From Mayamaea pseudoterrestris (taxonomy: Eukaryota): 64,000 nt of DNA. Location of the stretch: assembly GCA_027923505.1 (NCBI GenBank), contig BROI01000010.1, positions 496,001 through 560,000 on the forward strand, written 5' to 3'. The notes under the pieces were generated by a model, which was not told the DNA's origin, made no database searches, and saw nothing but the letters and a program-made list of their open reading frames with translations. How positions within the stretch are numbered: position 1 is the stretch's first letter; every line of letters begins with the position of its first letter. A program made the translations under genes and the position numbers. Below, in pieces: positions 26,265 to 41,200 of the stretch.

Positions 26265-29200
26265 TGTTGGACCATTCTGGTGTAGTTTGGGCACCTACCG
26301 GGCTTGCTGTAGGGGCATTTGCATGTCATGGCATCTGCGGGCTGAGACTGGTGACAAGTTGTCACCAAATACATTGCCATCCCCCGGGACACCAGCCAAG
26401 CCTACCATCATGTAGCGCAGCCTTAATAATGTTGTTGGCATCAGTCTGGTGTATTTTGGGCACCTACAGGGCTTGCTGTAGGGGCATTTGAATGTCCCGG
26501 CATCTGCGGGCTGAGACTGGTGACAAGTTGTCACCAAATACATTGCCATCCCCTGAGACACCAGCCAAGCCTACCATCTTGTAGCGCAGCTTGAAAAATG
26601 ATGTTGGCACCATTCTGGTGTATTTTGGGCACCTACAGGGCTTGCTGTAGGGGCGTTTGAATGTCATGGCATCTGCGGGCTGAGACTGGTGACAAGCTGT
26701 CACCAAATACATTGCCATCCCCTGAGACAACAGCCAAGCCAACCATCTTGTAGCACATCATATATAATGATGTTGGCACCAGTCTGGTGATATTTGGGCA
26801 CCTACAGGGCTTGCTGTAGGGGCGTTTGAATGTCAAGGCATCTGCGGGCTGAGATTGGTGACAAGTTGTCACCAAATACATTGCCATCCCCTGAGACACC
26901 AACCAAGCCTACCATCTTGTAGCGCAGCCTTAAAAAGGATGTTGGCACCATTCTGGTGTAATTTGGGCACCTACAGGGCTGGCTGTAGGGGCGTTTGAAT
27001 GTCATGGCATCTGCGGCTGAGACTGGTGACAAGTTGTCACCAAATACATTGCCATCCCCTGAGACAACAGCCAAGCCTACCATCTTGTAGCGCATCCTAT
27101 ATAATGATGTTGGCACCATTCTGGTGTAATTTGGGCGCCTACAGGGCTTGCTGTAGGGGTGTTTGAATGTCAAGGCACCTGCAGGCTGAGATTGGTGACA
27201 AGTTGTCACCAAATACATTGCCATCCCCTGAGACACCAACCAAGCCTACCTTCTTGTAGCGCCGCCTGAAAAAGGATGGTGGCACCATTCTGGTGTAATT
27301 TGGGCACCTACAGGGCTTGCTGTAGGGGCGTTTGAATGTCATGGCATCTGCGGGCTGAGACTGGTGACAAGTTGTCACCAAATACATTTCCATCCTTTGA
27401 GACACCCACCAAGCCTACCATCTTGTAGCGCAGCCTAAAAAAAAGGATGTTGGCACCATTCTGGTGTAATTTGGGCACATACAGGGCTTGCTGTAGGGGC
27501 ATTTGAATGTCATGGCATCTGCGGGCTGAGATTGGTGACAAGTTGTCACCAAATACATTGTTATCCCCTGAGACACCAACCAAGCCTACGATCTTGTAGC
27601 GCAGCCTGAAAAAGGATGTTGGCACCATTCTGGTGTAATTTGGGCACCTACAGGGCTTGCTGTAGGGGCGTTTGAATGTCAAGGCACCTGCAGGCTGAGA
27701 CTGGTGACAAGTTGTCACCAAATACATTGCCATCCCCTGAGACACCAACCAAGCCTACAATCTTGTAGCGCAGCCTGAAAAAGGATGCTGGCACCATTCT
27801 GGTGTAATTTGGGCACCTACAGGGCTTGCTGTAGGGGCGTTTGAATGTCATGGCATCTGCGGGCTGAGACTGGTGACAAGTTGTCACCAAATACATTGCC
27901 ATCCCCTGAGACACCAACCAAGCCTACCTTCTTGTAGCGCCGCCTGAAAAAGGATGCTGTCACCATTCTGGTGTAATTTGGGTACCTACCGGGCTTGCTG
28001 TAGGGGTGTTTGAATGTCAAGGCATCTGCGGGCTGAGACTGGTGACAAGTTGTCACCAAATACATTGCCATCCCCTGAGACACCAACCAAGCCTACCTTC
28101 TTGTAGCGCCGCCTGAAAATGGATGTTGGCACCATTCTGGTGTAATTTGGGCACCTACCGGGCTTGCTGTAGGGGTGTTTGAATGTCAAGGCATCTGCGG
28201 GCTGAGACTGGTGACAAGTTGTCACCAAATACATTGCCATCCCCTGAGACACCAGCCAAGCCTACCATCTTGTAGCGCAGCCTGAAAAAGGATGTTGGCA
28301 CCATTCTGGTGTAATTTGGGCACCTACAGGGCTTGCTGTAGGGGCGTTTGAATGTCATGGGATCTGCGGGCTGAGACTGGTGACAAGTTGTCACCAAATA
28401 CATTGCCATCCCCTGAGACACCAACCAAGCCTACCTTCTTGTAGCGCAGCCTGAAAAAGGATGCTGTCACCATTCTGGTGTAATTTGGGTACCTACCGGG
28501 CTTGCTGTAGGGGCATTTGAATGTCATGGCATCTGCGGGCTGAGACTGGTGACAAGTTGTCACCAAATACATTGCCATCCCCTGAGACACCAACCAAGCC
28601 TACAATCTTGTAGCGCAGCCTGAAAAAGGATGTTGGCACCATTCTGGTGTAATTTGGGCACCTACCGGGCTTGCTGTAGGGGCGTTTGAATGTCATGGCA
28701 TCTGCGGGCTGAGACTGGTGACAAGTTGTCACCAAATACATTGCCATCCCCTGAGACACCAACCAAGCCTACCTTCGTGTAGCGCAGCCTGAAAAAGGAT
28801 GTTGGCACCATTCTGGTGTAATTTGGGCACCTACCGGGCTTGCTGTAGGGGCGTTTGAATGTCATGGGATCTGCGGGCTGAGACTGGTGACAAGTTGTCA
28901 CCAAATACATTGCCATCCCCTGAGACACCAGCCAAGCCTACCTTCTTGTAGCGCAGCCTAAAAAATGATGTTGTCACCATTCTGGTGTAATTTGGGCACC
29001 TACAGGGCTTGCTGTAGGGGCGTTTGAATGTCATGGCATCTGCGGGCTGAGACTGGTGACAAGTTGTCACCAAATACATTGCCATCCCCTGAGACGCCAA
29101 CTATGCATATTTTCTTGTAGCGCAGCCTAAAAAACTGATGTTGGCACCATTCTGGTGTAATTTGGGCACCTACCGGGCTTGCTGTAGGGGCGTTTGAATG

Positions 29201-32200
29201 TCAAGGCACCTGCGGGCTGAGACTGGTGACAAGTTGTCACCAAAGACATTTCCATCCCTTGAGACACCAACCAAGCCTACAATCTTGTAGCGCAGCCTGA
29301 AAAAGGATGTTGGCACCATTCTGGTGTAATTTGGGCACCTACAGGGCTTGCTGTAGGGGCGTTTGAATGTCAAGGCACCTGCGGGCTGAGACTGGTGACA
29401 AGTTGTCACCAAAGACATTTCCATCCCTTGAGACACCAACCAAGCCTACCTTCTTGTAGCGCAGCCTGAAAAAGGATGTTGGCACCATTCTGGTGTAATT
29501 TGGGCACCTACCGGGCTTGCTGTAGGGGCGTTTGAATGTCATGGGATCTGCGGGCTGAGACTGGTGACAAGTTGTCACCAAATACATTGCCATCCCCTGA
29601 GACACCAACCAAGCCTACCATCTTGTAGCGCAGCCTGAAAAAGGATGTTGGCACCATTCTGGTGTAATTTGGGCACCTACCGGGCTTGCTGTAGGGGTGT
29701 TTGAATGTCAAGGCACCTGCAGGCTGAGATTGGTGACAAGTTGTCACCAAATACATTGCCATCCCCTGAGACACCAACCAAGCCTACCTTCGTGTAGCGC
29801 AGCCTGAAAAAGGATGTTGGCACCATTCTGGTGTAATTTGGGCACCTACCGGGCTTGCTGTAGGGGCGTTTGAATGTCATGGGATCTGCGGGCTGAGACT
29901 GGTGACAAGTTGTCACCAAATACATTGCCATCCCCTGAGACACCAACCAAGCCTACCTTCTTGTAGCGCCGCCTGAAAAAGGATGCTGTCACCATTCTGG
30001 TGTAATTTGGGTACCTACCGGGCTTGCTGTAGGGGTGTTTGAATGTCAAGGCACCTGCAGGCTGAGATTGGTGACAAGTTGTCACCAAATACATTGCCAT
30101 CCCCTGAGACACCAACCAAGCCTACCTTCGTGTAGCGCAGCCTGAAAAAGGATGTTGGCACCATTCTGGTGTAATTTGGGCACCTACCGGGCTTGCTGTA
30201 GGGGCGTTTGAATGTCATGGGATCTGCGGGCTGAGACTGGTGACAAGTTGTCACCAAATACATTGCCATCCCCTGAGACACCAGCCAAGCCTACCATCTT
30301 GTAGCGCAGCCTAAAAAAGGATGTTGGCACCATTCTGGTGTAATTTGGGCACCTACAGGGCTTGCTGTAGGGGCGTTTGAATGTCATGGCATCTGCGGGC
30401 TGAGACTGGTGACAAGTTGTCACCAAATACATTGCCATCCCCTGAGACACCAACCAAGCCTACGATCTTGTAGCGCAGCCTAAAAAAATGGATGTTGGCA
30501 CCATTCTGGTGTAATTTGGGCACCTACCGGGCTTGCTGTAGGGGCGTTTGAATGTCAAGGCACCTGCAGGCTGAGATTGGTGACAAGTTGTCACCAAATA
30601 CATTGCCATCCCCTGAGACACCAACCAAGCCTACCATCTTGTAGCGCAGCCTAAAAAAGGATGTTGGCACCATTCTGGTGTAATTTGGGCACCTACAGGG
30701 CTTGCTGTAGGGGCGTTTGAATGTCAAGGCACCTGCGGGCTGAGACTGGTGACAAGTTGTCACCAAAGACATTTCCATCCCTTGAGACACCAACCAAGCC
30801 TACAATCTTGTAGCGCAGCCTGAAAAAGTATGTTGGCACCATTTTGGTGTAATTTGGGCACCTACCGGGCTTGCTGTAGGGGCGTTTGAATGTCATGGGA
30901 TCTGCGGGCTGAGACTGGTGACAAGTTGTCACCAAATACATTGCCATCCCCTGAGACACCAACCAAGCCTACCTTCTTGTAGCGCCGCCTGAAAAAGGAT
31001 GTTGTCACCATTCTGGTGTAATTTGGGTACCTACCGGGCTTGCTGTAGGGGTGTTTGAATGTCAAGGCACCTGCAGGCTGAGATTGGTGACAAGTTGTCA
31101 CCAAATACATTGCCATCCCCTGAGACACCAACCAAGCCTACCTTCGTGTAGCGCAGCCTGAAAAAGGATGTTGGCACCATTCTGGTGTAATTTGGGCACC
31201 TACCGGGCTTGCTGTAGGGGCGTTTGAATGTCATGGGATCTGCGGGCTGAGACTGGTGACAAGTTGTCACCAAATACATTGCCATCCCCTGAGACACCAG
31301 CCAAGCCTACCATCTTGTAGCGCAGCCTAAAAAAGGATGTTGGCACCATTCTGGTGTAATTTGGGCACATACAGGGCTTGCTGTAGGGGCATTTGAATGT
31401 CATGGCATCTGCGGGCTGAGATTGGTGACAAGTTGTCACCAAATACATTGTTATCCCCTGAGACACCAACCAAGCCTACGATCTTGTAGCGCAGCCTAAA
31501 AAAATGGATGTTGGCACCATTCTGGTGTAATTTGGGCACCTACCGGGCTTGCTGTAGGGGTGTTGGAATGTCAAGGCACCTGCAGGCTGAGATTGGTGAC
31601 AAGTTGTCACCAAATACATTGCCATCCCCTGAGACACCAACCAAGCCTACCTTCTTGTAGCGCCGCCTGAAAAAGGATGTTGGCACCATTCTGGTGTAAT
31701 TTGGGCACCTACAGGGCTTGCTGTAGGGGCGTTTGAATGTCATGGCATCTGCGGGCTGAGACTGGTGACAAGTTGTCACCAAAGACATTTCCATCCCTTG
31801 AGACACCAACCAAGCCTACAATCTTGTAGCACAGCCTGAAAAAGTATGTTGGCACCATTCTGGTGTAATTTGGGCACCTACCGGGCTTGCTGTAGGGGCG
31901 TTTGAATGTCATGGGATCTGCGGGCTGAGACTGGTGACAAGTTGTCACCAAATACATTGCCATCCCCTGAGACACCAACCAAGCCTACCTTCTTGTAGCG
32001 CCGCCTGAAAAAGGATGTTGTCACCATTCTGGTGTACTTTGGGCAACTACCGGGCTTGCTGTAGGGGCGTTTGAATGTCAAGGCACCTGCAGGCTGAGAT
32101 TGGTGACAAGTTGTCATCAAATACATTGCCATCCCCTGAGACACCAACCAAGCCTACCTTCGTGTAGCGCAGCCTGAAAAAGGATGTTGGCACCATTCTG

Positions 32201-35200
32201 GTGTAATTTGGGCACCTACCGGGCTTGCTGTAGGGGCGTTTGAATGTCATGGGATCTGCGGGCTGAGACTGGTGACAAGTTGTCACCAAATACATTGCCA
32301 TCCCCTGAGACACCAGACAAGCCTACCCCCTTGTAGCACAGCCGAAATAATGATGTTGGCACCATTCTGGTGTAATTTGGGCACCTACACGGCTTGCTGT
32401 AGGGGCGTTTGAATGTCATGGCATCTGCGGGCTGAGACTGGTGACAAGTTGTCACCAAATACATTGCCATCCCCTGAGACACCAACCAAGCCTACCTTCT
32501 TGTAGCGCCGCCTGAAAAAGGATGTTGGCACCATTCTGGTGTAATTTGGGCACCTACCGGGCTTGCTGTAGGGGTGTTTGAATGTCAAGGCACCTGCAGG
32601 CTGAGATTGGTGACAAGTTGTCACCAAATACATTGCCATCCCCTGAGACACCAACCAAGCCTACCTTCGTGTAGCGCAGCCTGAAAAAGGATTTTGGCAC
32701 CATTCTGGTGTAATTTGGGCACCTACCGGGCTTGCTGTAGGGGCGTTTGAATGTCATGGGATCTGCGGGCTGAGACTGGTGACAAGTTGTCACCAAATAC
32801 ATTGCCATCCCCTGAGACACCAGACAAGCCTACCCCCTTGTAGCACAGCCGAAATAATGATGTTGGCACCATTCTGGTGTAATTTGGGCACCTACCGGGC
32901 TTGCTGTAGGGGCGTTTGAATGTCATGGGATCTGCGGGCTGAGACTGGTGACAAGTTGTCACCAAATACATTGCCATCCCCTGAGACAACCGCCAAGCCA
33001 ACCATCTTGTAGCGCATCCTGAATAATGATGTTGGCACCATTTTGGTGTAATTTTGGCACCTATTGGGCTCGCTGTAGGGGCGTTTGAATGTCAAGGCAC
33101 CTGCGGGCTGAGACTGGTGACAAGTTGTCACCAAATATATTGCCATCCCCTGAGACAACAGCCAATCCTACCATCTCGTAGCGCAACCTGAATAATGATG
33201 TTGGCACCATTCTGGTTTATTTTGGGCACCTACAGGGCCTGATGTAGGGGCGTTTGAATGTCATGGGATCTGCGGGCTGAGACTGGTGACAAGTTGTCAC
33301 CAAATACATTGCCATCCCCTGAGACACCAACCAAGCCTACCATCTTGTAGCGCAGCCTGAAAAAGGATGGTGGCACCATTCTGGTGTAATTTGGGAACTT
33401 AGAGGGCTTGCTGTAGGGGCGTTTGAATGTCATGGCATCTGCGGGCTGAGACTAGTGACAAGTTGTCACCAAATATATTGCCATCCCCTGAGACACCAGT
33501 CAAGCCTATCATCTTGTAGAGCAGCTTAAAAAAGGATGTTGGCACCATTCTAGTGTAATTTGGGCACCTACCAGGCTTGCTGTAGGGGCGTTTGAATTTC
33601 AAGGCACCTGCAGGCTGAGATTGGTGACAAGTTGTCACCAAATACATTGCCATCCCCTGAGACACCAACCAAGCTTACCATCATGTAGCGCAGCCTGAAA
33701 AAGGATGTTGGCACCATTCTGGTGTAATTTGGGCACCTACAGGGCTTGCTGTAGGGGCGTTTGAATGTCATGGCATCTGCGGGCTGAGACTGGTGACAAG
33801 TTGTCACCAAATACATTGCCATCCCCTGAGACACCAACTAAGCCTACCATCTTGTAGCGCAGCCTGTATAATGATGTTGGCACCATTTTGGTGTAATTTG
33901 GGCACCTACAGGGCTTGCTGTAGGGGCATCTGAATGTCATGGCATCTGCGGGCTGAGACTGGTGACAAGTTGTCACCAAATACATTGCCATCCCCTGAGA
34001 CACCAACCAAGCCCACCTTCGTGTAGCGCAGCCTGAAAAAGGATGTTGGCACCATTCTGGTGTAATTTGGGCACCTACAGGGCTTGCTGTAGGGGCATTT
34101 GAACGTCATGGCATCTGGTGACAAGTTGTCACCAAATACATTGCCATCCCCTGAGATACTAACCAAGCTTACCATCTTGTAGCGCAGCCTGAAAAAGGAT
34201 GCTGGCACCATTCTGGTGTAATTTGGACACCTACCGGGCTTGCTGTAGGGGCGTTTGAATGTCATGTCATCTGCGGGCTGAGACTGGTGACAAGTTGTCA
34301 CCAAATACATTGCCATCCCCTGAGATACTAACCAAGCTTACCATCTTGTAGCGCAGCCTGAAAAAGGATGCTGGCACCATTCTGGTGTAATTTGGACACC
34401 TACCGGGCTTGCTGTAGGGGCGTTTGAATGTCATGTCATCTGCGGGCTGAGACTGGTGACAAGTTGTCACCAAATACATTGCCATCCCCTGAGACAACAG
34501 CCAAGCTAACCATCTTGTAGCGTATCCTGAATAATGATGTTGGCACCAGTCTGGTGTAATTTGGGCACCTACAGGGCTTGCTGTAGGGGCATTTAAATGT
34601 CATGGCATCTGCGGGCTGAGACTGGTGACAAGTTGTCACCAAATACATTGCCATCCCCTGAGACACCAACCAAGCCTACCATCTTGTAGCTCAGCCTACA
34701 TAATGATGTTGGCACCATTCTGGTGTAATTTGGGCACCCACAGGGCTTGCTGTAGGGGCGTTTGAATGTCATGGCACCTGCGGGCTGGGACTGGTGACAA
34801 GTTGTCACCAAATACATTGCCATCCCCTGAGACACCAACCAAGCCTACCATCTTGTAGCGCAGCCTGCATAATGATGTTGGCACCATTTGGGTGTATTTT
34901 GGGCACCTACAGGGCCTGATGTAGGGGACTTTGAATGTCAAGGCACCTGCGGGCTGAGATTGGTGACAAGTTGTCACCAAATACATTGCCATACCCTGAG
35001 ACACCAACCAAGCCAACCATCTTGTAGCGTATCCTGAATAATGATGTTGGCACCAGTCTGGTGTAAATTGGGCACCTACAGGGCTTGCTGTAGGGGCATT
35101 TGATTATCATGGCATCTGCCGGCTGAGACTGGTGACAAGTTGTCACCACAATAAAAAGGATGTTGGCACCATTCTGGTGTAATTTGGGCACCTACAGGGC

Positions 35201-38200
35201 TTGCTGTAGGGGCGTTTGAATGTCATGGGATCTGCGGGCTGAGACTGGTGACAAGTTGTCACCAAATACATTGCCATCCCCTGAGACACCAACCAAGCCT
35301 ACCTTCTTGTAGCGCAGCCTGAAAAAGGATGCTGTCACCATTCTGGTGTAATTTGGGTACCTACCGGGCTTGCTGTAGGGGCATTTGAATGTCATGGCAT
35401 CTGCGGGCTGAGACTGGTGACAAGTTGTCACCAAATACATTGCCATCCCCTGAGACACCAACCAAGCCTACAATCTTGTAGCGCAGCCTGAAAAAGGATG
35501 TTGGCACCATTCTGGTGTAATTTGGGCACCTACCGGGCTTGCTGTAGGGGCGTTTGAATGTCATGGCATCTGCGGGCTGAGACTGGTGACAAGTTGTCAC
35601 CAAATACATTGCCATCCCCTGAGACACCAACCAAGCCTACCTTCGTGTAGCGCAGCCTGAAAAAGGATGTTGGCACCATTCTGGTGTAATTTGGGCACCT
35701 ACCGGGCTTGCTGTAGGGGCGTTTGAATGTCATGGGATCTGCGGGCTGAGACTGGTGACAAGTTGTCACCAAATACATTGCCATCCCCTGAGACACCAGC
35801 CAAGCCTACCTTCTTGTAGCGCAGCCCAAAAAAGGATGTTGTCACCATTCTGGTGTAATTTGGGCACCTACAGGGCTTGCTGTAGGGGCGTTTGAATGTC
35901 ATGGCATCTGCGGGCTGAGACTGGTGACAAGTTGTCACCAAATACATTGCCATCCCCTGAGACGCCAACTATGCATATTTTCTTGTAGCGCAGCCTAAAA
36001 AACTGATGTTGGCACCATTCTGGTGTAATTTGGGCACCTACAGGGCTTGCTGTAGGGGCGTTTGAATGTCAAGGCACCTGCGGGCTGAGACTGGTGACAA
36101 GTTGTCACCAAAGACATTTCCATCCCTTGAGACACCAACCAAGCCTACAATCTTGTAGCGCAGCCTGAAAAAGGATGTTGGCACCATTCTGGTGTAATTT
36201 GGGCACCTACAGGGCTTGCTGTAGGGGCGTTTGAATGTCAAGGCACCTGCGGGCTGAGACTGGTGACAAGTTGTCACCAAAGACATTTCCATCCCTTGAG
36301 ACACCAACCAAGCCTACCTTCTTGTAGCGCAGCCTGAAAAAGGATGTTGGCACCATTCTGGTGTAATTTGGGCACCTACCGGGCTTGCTGTAGGGGCGTT
36401 TGAATGTCATGGGATCTGCGGGCTGAGACTGGTGACAAGTTGTCACCAAATACATTGCCATCCCCTGAGACACCAACCAAGCCTACCATCTTGTAGCGCA
36501 GCCTGAAAAAGGATGTTGGCACCATTCTGGTGTAATTTGGGCACCTACCGGGCTTGCTGTAGGGGTGTTTGAATGTCAAGGCACCTGCAGGCTGAGATTG
36601 GTGACAAGTTGTCACCAAATACATTGCCATCCCCTGAGACACCAACCAAGCCTACCTTCGTGTAGCGCAGCCTGAAAAAGGATGTTGGCACCATTCTGGT
36701 GTAATTTGGGCACCTACCGGGCTTGCTGTAGGGGCGTTTGAATGTCATGGGATCTGCGGGCTGAGACTGGTGACAAGTTGTCACCAAATACATTGCCATC
36801 CCCTGAGACACCAACCAAGCCTACCTTCTTGTAGCGCCGCCTGAAAAAGGATGCTGTCACCATTCTGGTGTAATTTGGGTACCTACCGGGCTTGCTGTAG
36901 GGGTGTTTGAATGTCAAGGCACCTGCAGGCTGAGATTGGTGACAAGTTGTCACCAAATACATTGCCATCCCCTGAGACACCAACCAAGCCTACCTTCGTG
37001 TAGCGCAGCCTGAAAAAGGATGTTGGCACCATTCTGGTGTAATTTGGGCACCTACCGGGCTTGCTGTAGGGGCGTTTGAATGTCATGGGATCTGCGGGCT
37101 GAGACTGGTGACAAGTTGTCACCAAATACATTGCCATCCCCTGAGACACCAGCCAAGCCTACCATCTTGTAGCGCAGCCTAAAAAAGGATGTTGGCACCA
37201 TTCTGGTGTAATTTGGGCACCTACAGGGCTTGCTGTAGGGGCGTTTGAATGTCATGGCATCTGCGGGCTGAGACTGGTGACAAGTTGTCACCAAATACAT
37301 TGCCATCCCCTGAGACACCAACCAAGCCTACGATCTTGTAGCGCAGCCTAAAAAAATGGATGTTGGCACCATTCTGGTGTAATTTGGGCACCTACCGGGC
37401 TTGCTGTAGGGGCGTTTGAATGTCAAGGCACCTGCAGGCTGAGATTGGTGACAAGTTGTCACCAAATACATTGCCATCCCCTGAGACACCAACCAAGCCT
37501 ACCATCTTGTAGCGCAGCCTAAAAAAGGATGTTGGCACCATTCTGGTGTAATTTGGGCACCTACAGGGCTTGCTGTAGGGGCGTTTGAATGTCAAGGCAC
37601 CTGCGGGCTGAGACTGGTGACAAGTTGTCACCAAAGACATTTCCATCCCTTGAGACACCAACCAAGCCTACAATCTTGTAGCGCAGCCTGAAAAAGTATG
37701 TTGGCACCATTTTGGTGTAATTTGGGCACCTACCGGGCTTGCTGTAGGGGCGTTTGAATGTCATGGGATCTGCGGGCTGAGACTGGTGACAAGTTGTCAC
37801 CAAATACATTGCCATCCCCTGAGACACCAACCAAGCCTACCTTCTTGTAGCGCCGCCTGAAAAAGGATGTTGTCACCATTCTGGTGTAATTTGGGTACCT
37901 ACCGGGCTTGCTGTAGGGGTGTTTGAATGTCAAGGCACCTGCAGGCTGAGATTGGTGACAAGTTGTCACCAAATACATTGCCATCCCCTGAGACACCAAC
38001 CAAGCCTACCTTCGTGTAGCGCAGCCTGAAAAAGGATGTTGGCACCATTCTGGTGTAATTTGGGCACCTACCGGGCTTGCTGTAGGGGCGTTTGAATGTC
38101 ATGGGATCTGCGGGCTGAGACTGGTGACAAGTTGTCACCAAATACATTGCCATCCCCTGAGACACCAGCCAAGCCTACCATCTTGTAGCGCAGCCTAAAA

Positions 38201-41200
38201 AAGGATGTTGGCACCATTCTGGTGTAATTTGGGCACATACAGGGCTTGCTGTAGGGGCATTTGAATGTCATGGCATCTGCGGGCTGAGATTGGTGACAAG
38301 TTGTCACCAAATACATTGTTATCCCCTGAGACACCAACCAAGCCTACGATCTTGTAGCGCAGCCTAAAAAAATGGATGTTGGCACCATTCTGGTGTAATT
38401 TGGGCACCTACCGGGCTTGCTGTAGGGGTGTTGGAATGTCAAGGCACCTGCAGGCTGAGATTGGTGACAAGTTGTCACCAAATACATTGCCATCCCCTGA
38501 GACACCAACCAAGCCTACCTTCTTGTAGCGCCGCCTGAAAAAGGATGTTGGCACCATTCTGGTGTAATTTGGGCACCTACAGGGCTTGCTGTAGGGGCGT
38601 TTGAATGTCATGGCATCTGCGGGCTGAGACTGGTGACAAGTTGTCACCAAAGACATTTCCATCCCTTGAGACACCAACCAAGCCTACAATCTTGTAGCAC
38701 AGCCTGAAAAAGTATGTTGGCACCATTCTGGTGTAATTTGGGCACCTACCGGGCTTGCTGTAGGGGCGTTTGAATGTCATGGGATCTGCGGGCTGAGACT
38801 GGTGACAAGTTGTCACCAAATACATTGCCATCCCCTGAGACACCAACCAAGCCTACCTTCTTGTAGCGCCGCCTGAAAAAGGATGTTGTCACCATTCTGG
38901 TGTACTTTGGGCAACTACCGGGCTTGCTGTAGGGGCGTTTGAATGTCAAGGCACCTGCAGGCTGAGATTGGTGACAAGTTGTCATCAAATACATTGCCAT
39001 CCCCTGAGACACCAACCAAGCCTACCTTCGTGTAGCGCAGCCTGAAAAAGGATGTTGGCACCATTCTGGTGTAATTTGGGCACCTACCGGGCTTGCTGTA
39101 GGGGCGTTTGAATGTCATGGGATCTGCGGGCTGAGACTGGTGACAAGTTGTCACCAAATACATTGCCATCCCCTGAGACACCAGACAAGCCTACCCCCTT
39201 GTAGCACAGCCGAAATAATGATGTTGGCACCATTCTGGTGTAATTTGGGCACCTACACGGCTTGCTGTAGGGGCGTTTGAATGTCATGGCATCTGCGGGC
39301 TGAGACTGGTGACAAGTTGTCACCAAATACATTGCCATCCCCTGAGACACCAACCAAGCCTACCTTCTTGTAGCGCCGCCTGAAAAAGGATGTTGGCACC
39401 ATTCTGGTGTAATTTGGGCACCTACCGGGCTTGCTGTAGGGGTGTTTGAATGTCAAGGCACCTGCAGGCTGAGATTGGTGACAAGTTGTCACCAAATACA
39501 TTGCCATCCCCTGAGACACCAACCAAGCCTACCTTCGTGTAGCGCAGCCTGAAAAAGGATTTTGGCACCATTCTGGTGTAATTTGGGCACCTACCGGGCT
39601 TGCTGTAGGGGCGTTTGAATGTCATGGGATCTGCGGGCTGAGACTGGTGACAAGTTGTCACCAAATACATTGCCATCCCCTGAGACACCAGACAAGCCTA
39701 CCCCCTTGTAGCACAGCCGAAATAATGATGTTGGCACCATTCTGGTGTAATTTGGGCACCTACCGGGCTTGCTGTAGGGGCGTTTGAATGTCATGGGATC
39801 TGCGGGCTGAGACTGGTGACAAGTTGTCACCAAATACATTGCCATCCCCTGAGACAACCGCCAAGCCAACCATCTTGTAGCGCATCCTGAATAATGATGT
39901 TGGCACCATTTTGGTGTAATTTTGGCACCTATTGGGCTCGCTGTAGGGGCGTTTGAATGTCAAGGCACCTGCGGGCTGAGACTGGTGACAAGTTGTCACC
40001 AAATATATTGCCATCCCCTGAGACAACAGCCAATCCTACCATCTCGTAGCGCAACCTGAATAATGATGTTGGCACCATTCTGGTTTATTTTGGGCACCTA
40101 CAGGGCCTGATGTAGGGGCGTTTGAATGTCATGGGATCTGCGGGCTGAGACTGGTGACAAGTTGTCACCAAATACATTGCCATCCCCTGAGACACCAACC
40201 AAGCCTACCATCTTGTAGCGCAGCCTGAAAAAGGATGGTGGCACCATTCTGGTGTAATTTGGGAACTTAGAGGGCTTGCTGTAGGGGCGTTTGAATGTCA
40301 TGGCATCTGCGGGCTGAGACTAGTGACAAGTTGTCACCAAATATATTGCCATCCCCTGAGACACCAGTCAAGCCTATCATCTTGTAGAGCAGCTTAAAAA
40401 AGGATGTTGGCACCATTCTAGTGTAATTTGGGCACCTACCAGGCTTGCTGTAGGGGCGTTTGAATTTCAAGGCACCTGCAGGCTGAGATTGGTGACAAGT
40501 TGTCACCAAATACATTGCCATCCCCTGAGACACCAACCAAGCTTACCATCATGTAGCGCAGCCTGAAAAAGGATGTTGGCACCATTCTGGTGTAATTTGG
40601 GCACCTACAGGGCTTGCTGTAGGGGCGTTTGAATGTCATGGCATCTGCGGGCTGAGACTGGTGACAAGTTGTCACCAAATACATTGCCATCCCCTGAGAC
40701 ACCAACTAAGCCTACCATCTTGTAGCGCAGCCTGTATAATGATGTTGGCACCATTTTGGTGTAATTTGGGCACCTACAGGGCTTGCTGTAGGGGCATCTG
40801 AATGTCATGGCATCTGCGGGCTGAGACTGGTGACAAGTTGTCACCAAATACATTGCCATCCCCTGAGACACCAACCAAGCCCACCTTCGTGTAGCGCAGC
40901 CTGAAAAAGGATGTTGGCACCATTCTGGTGTAATTTGGGCACCTACAGGGCTTGCTGTAGGGGCATTTGAACGTCATGGCATCTGGTGACAAGTTGTCAC
41001 CAAATACATTGCCATCCCCTGAGATACTAACCAAGCTTACCATCTTGTAGCGCAGCCTGAAAAAGGATGCTGGCACCATTCTGGTGTAATTTGGACACCT
41101 ACCGGGCTTGCTGTAGGGGCGTTTGAATGTCATGTCATCTGCGGGCTGAGACTGGTGACAAGTTGTCACCAAATACATTGCCATCCCCTGAGATACTAAC

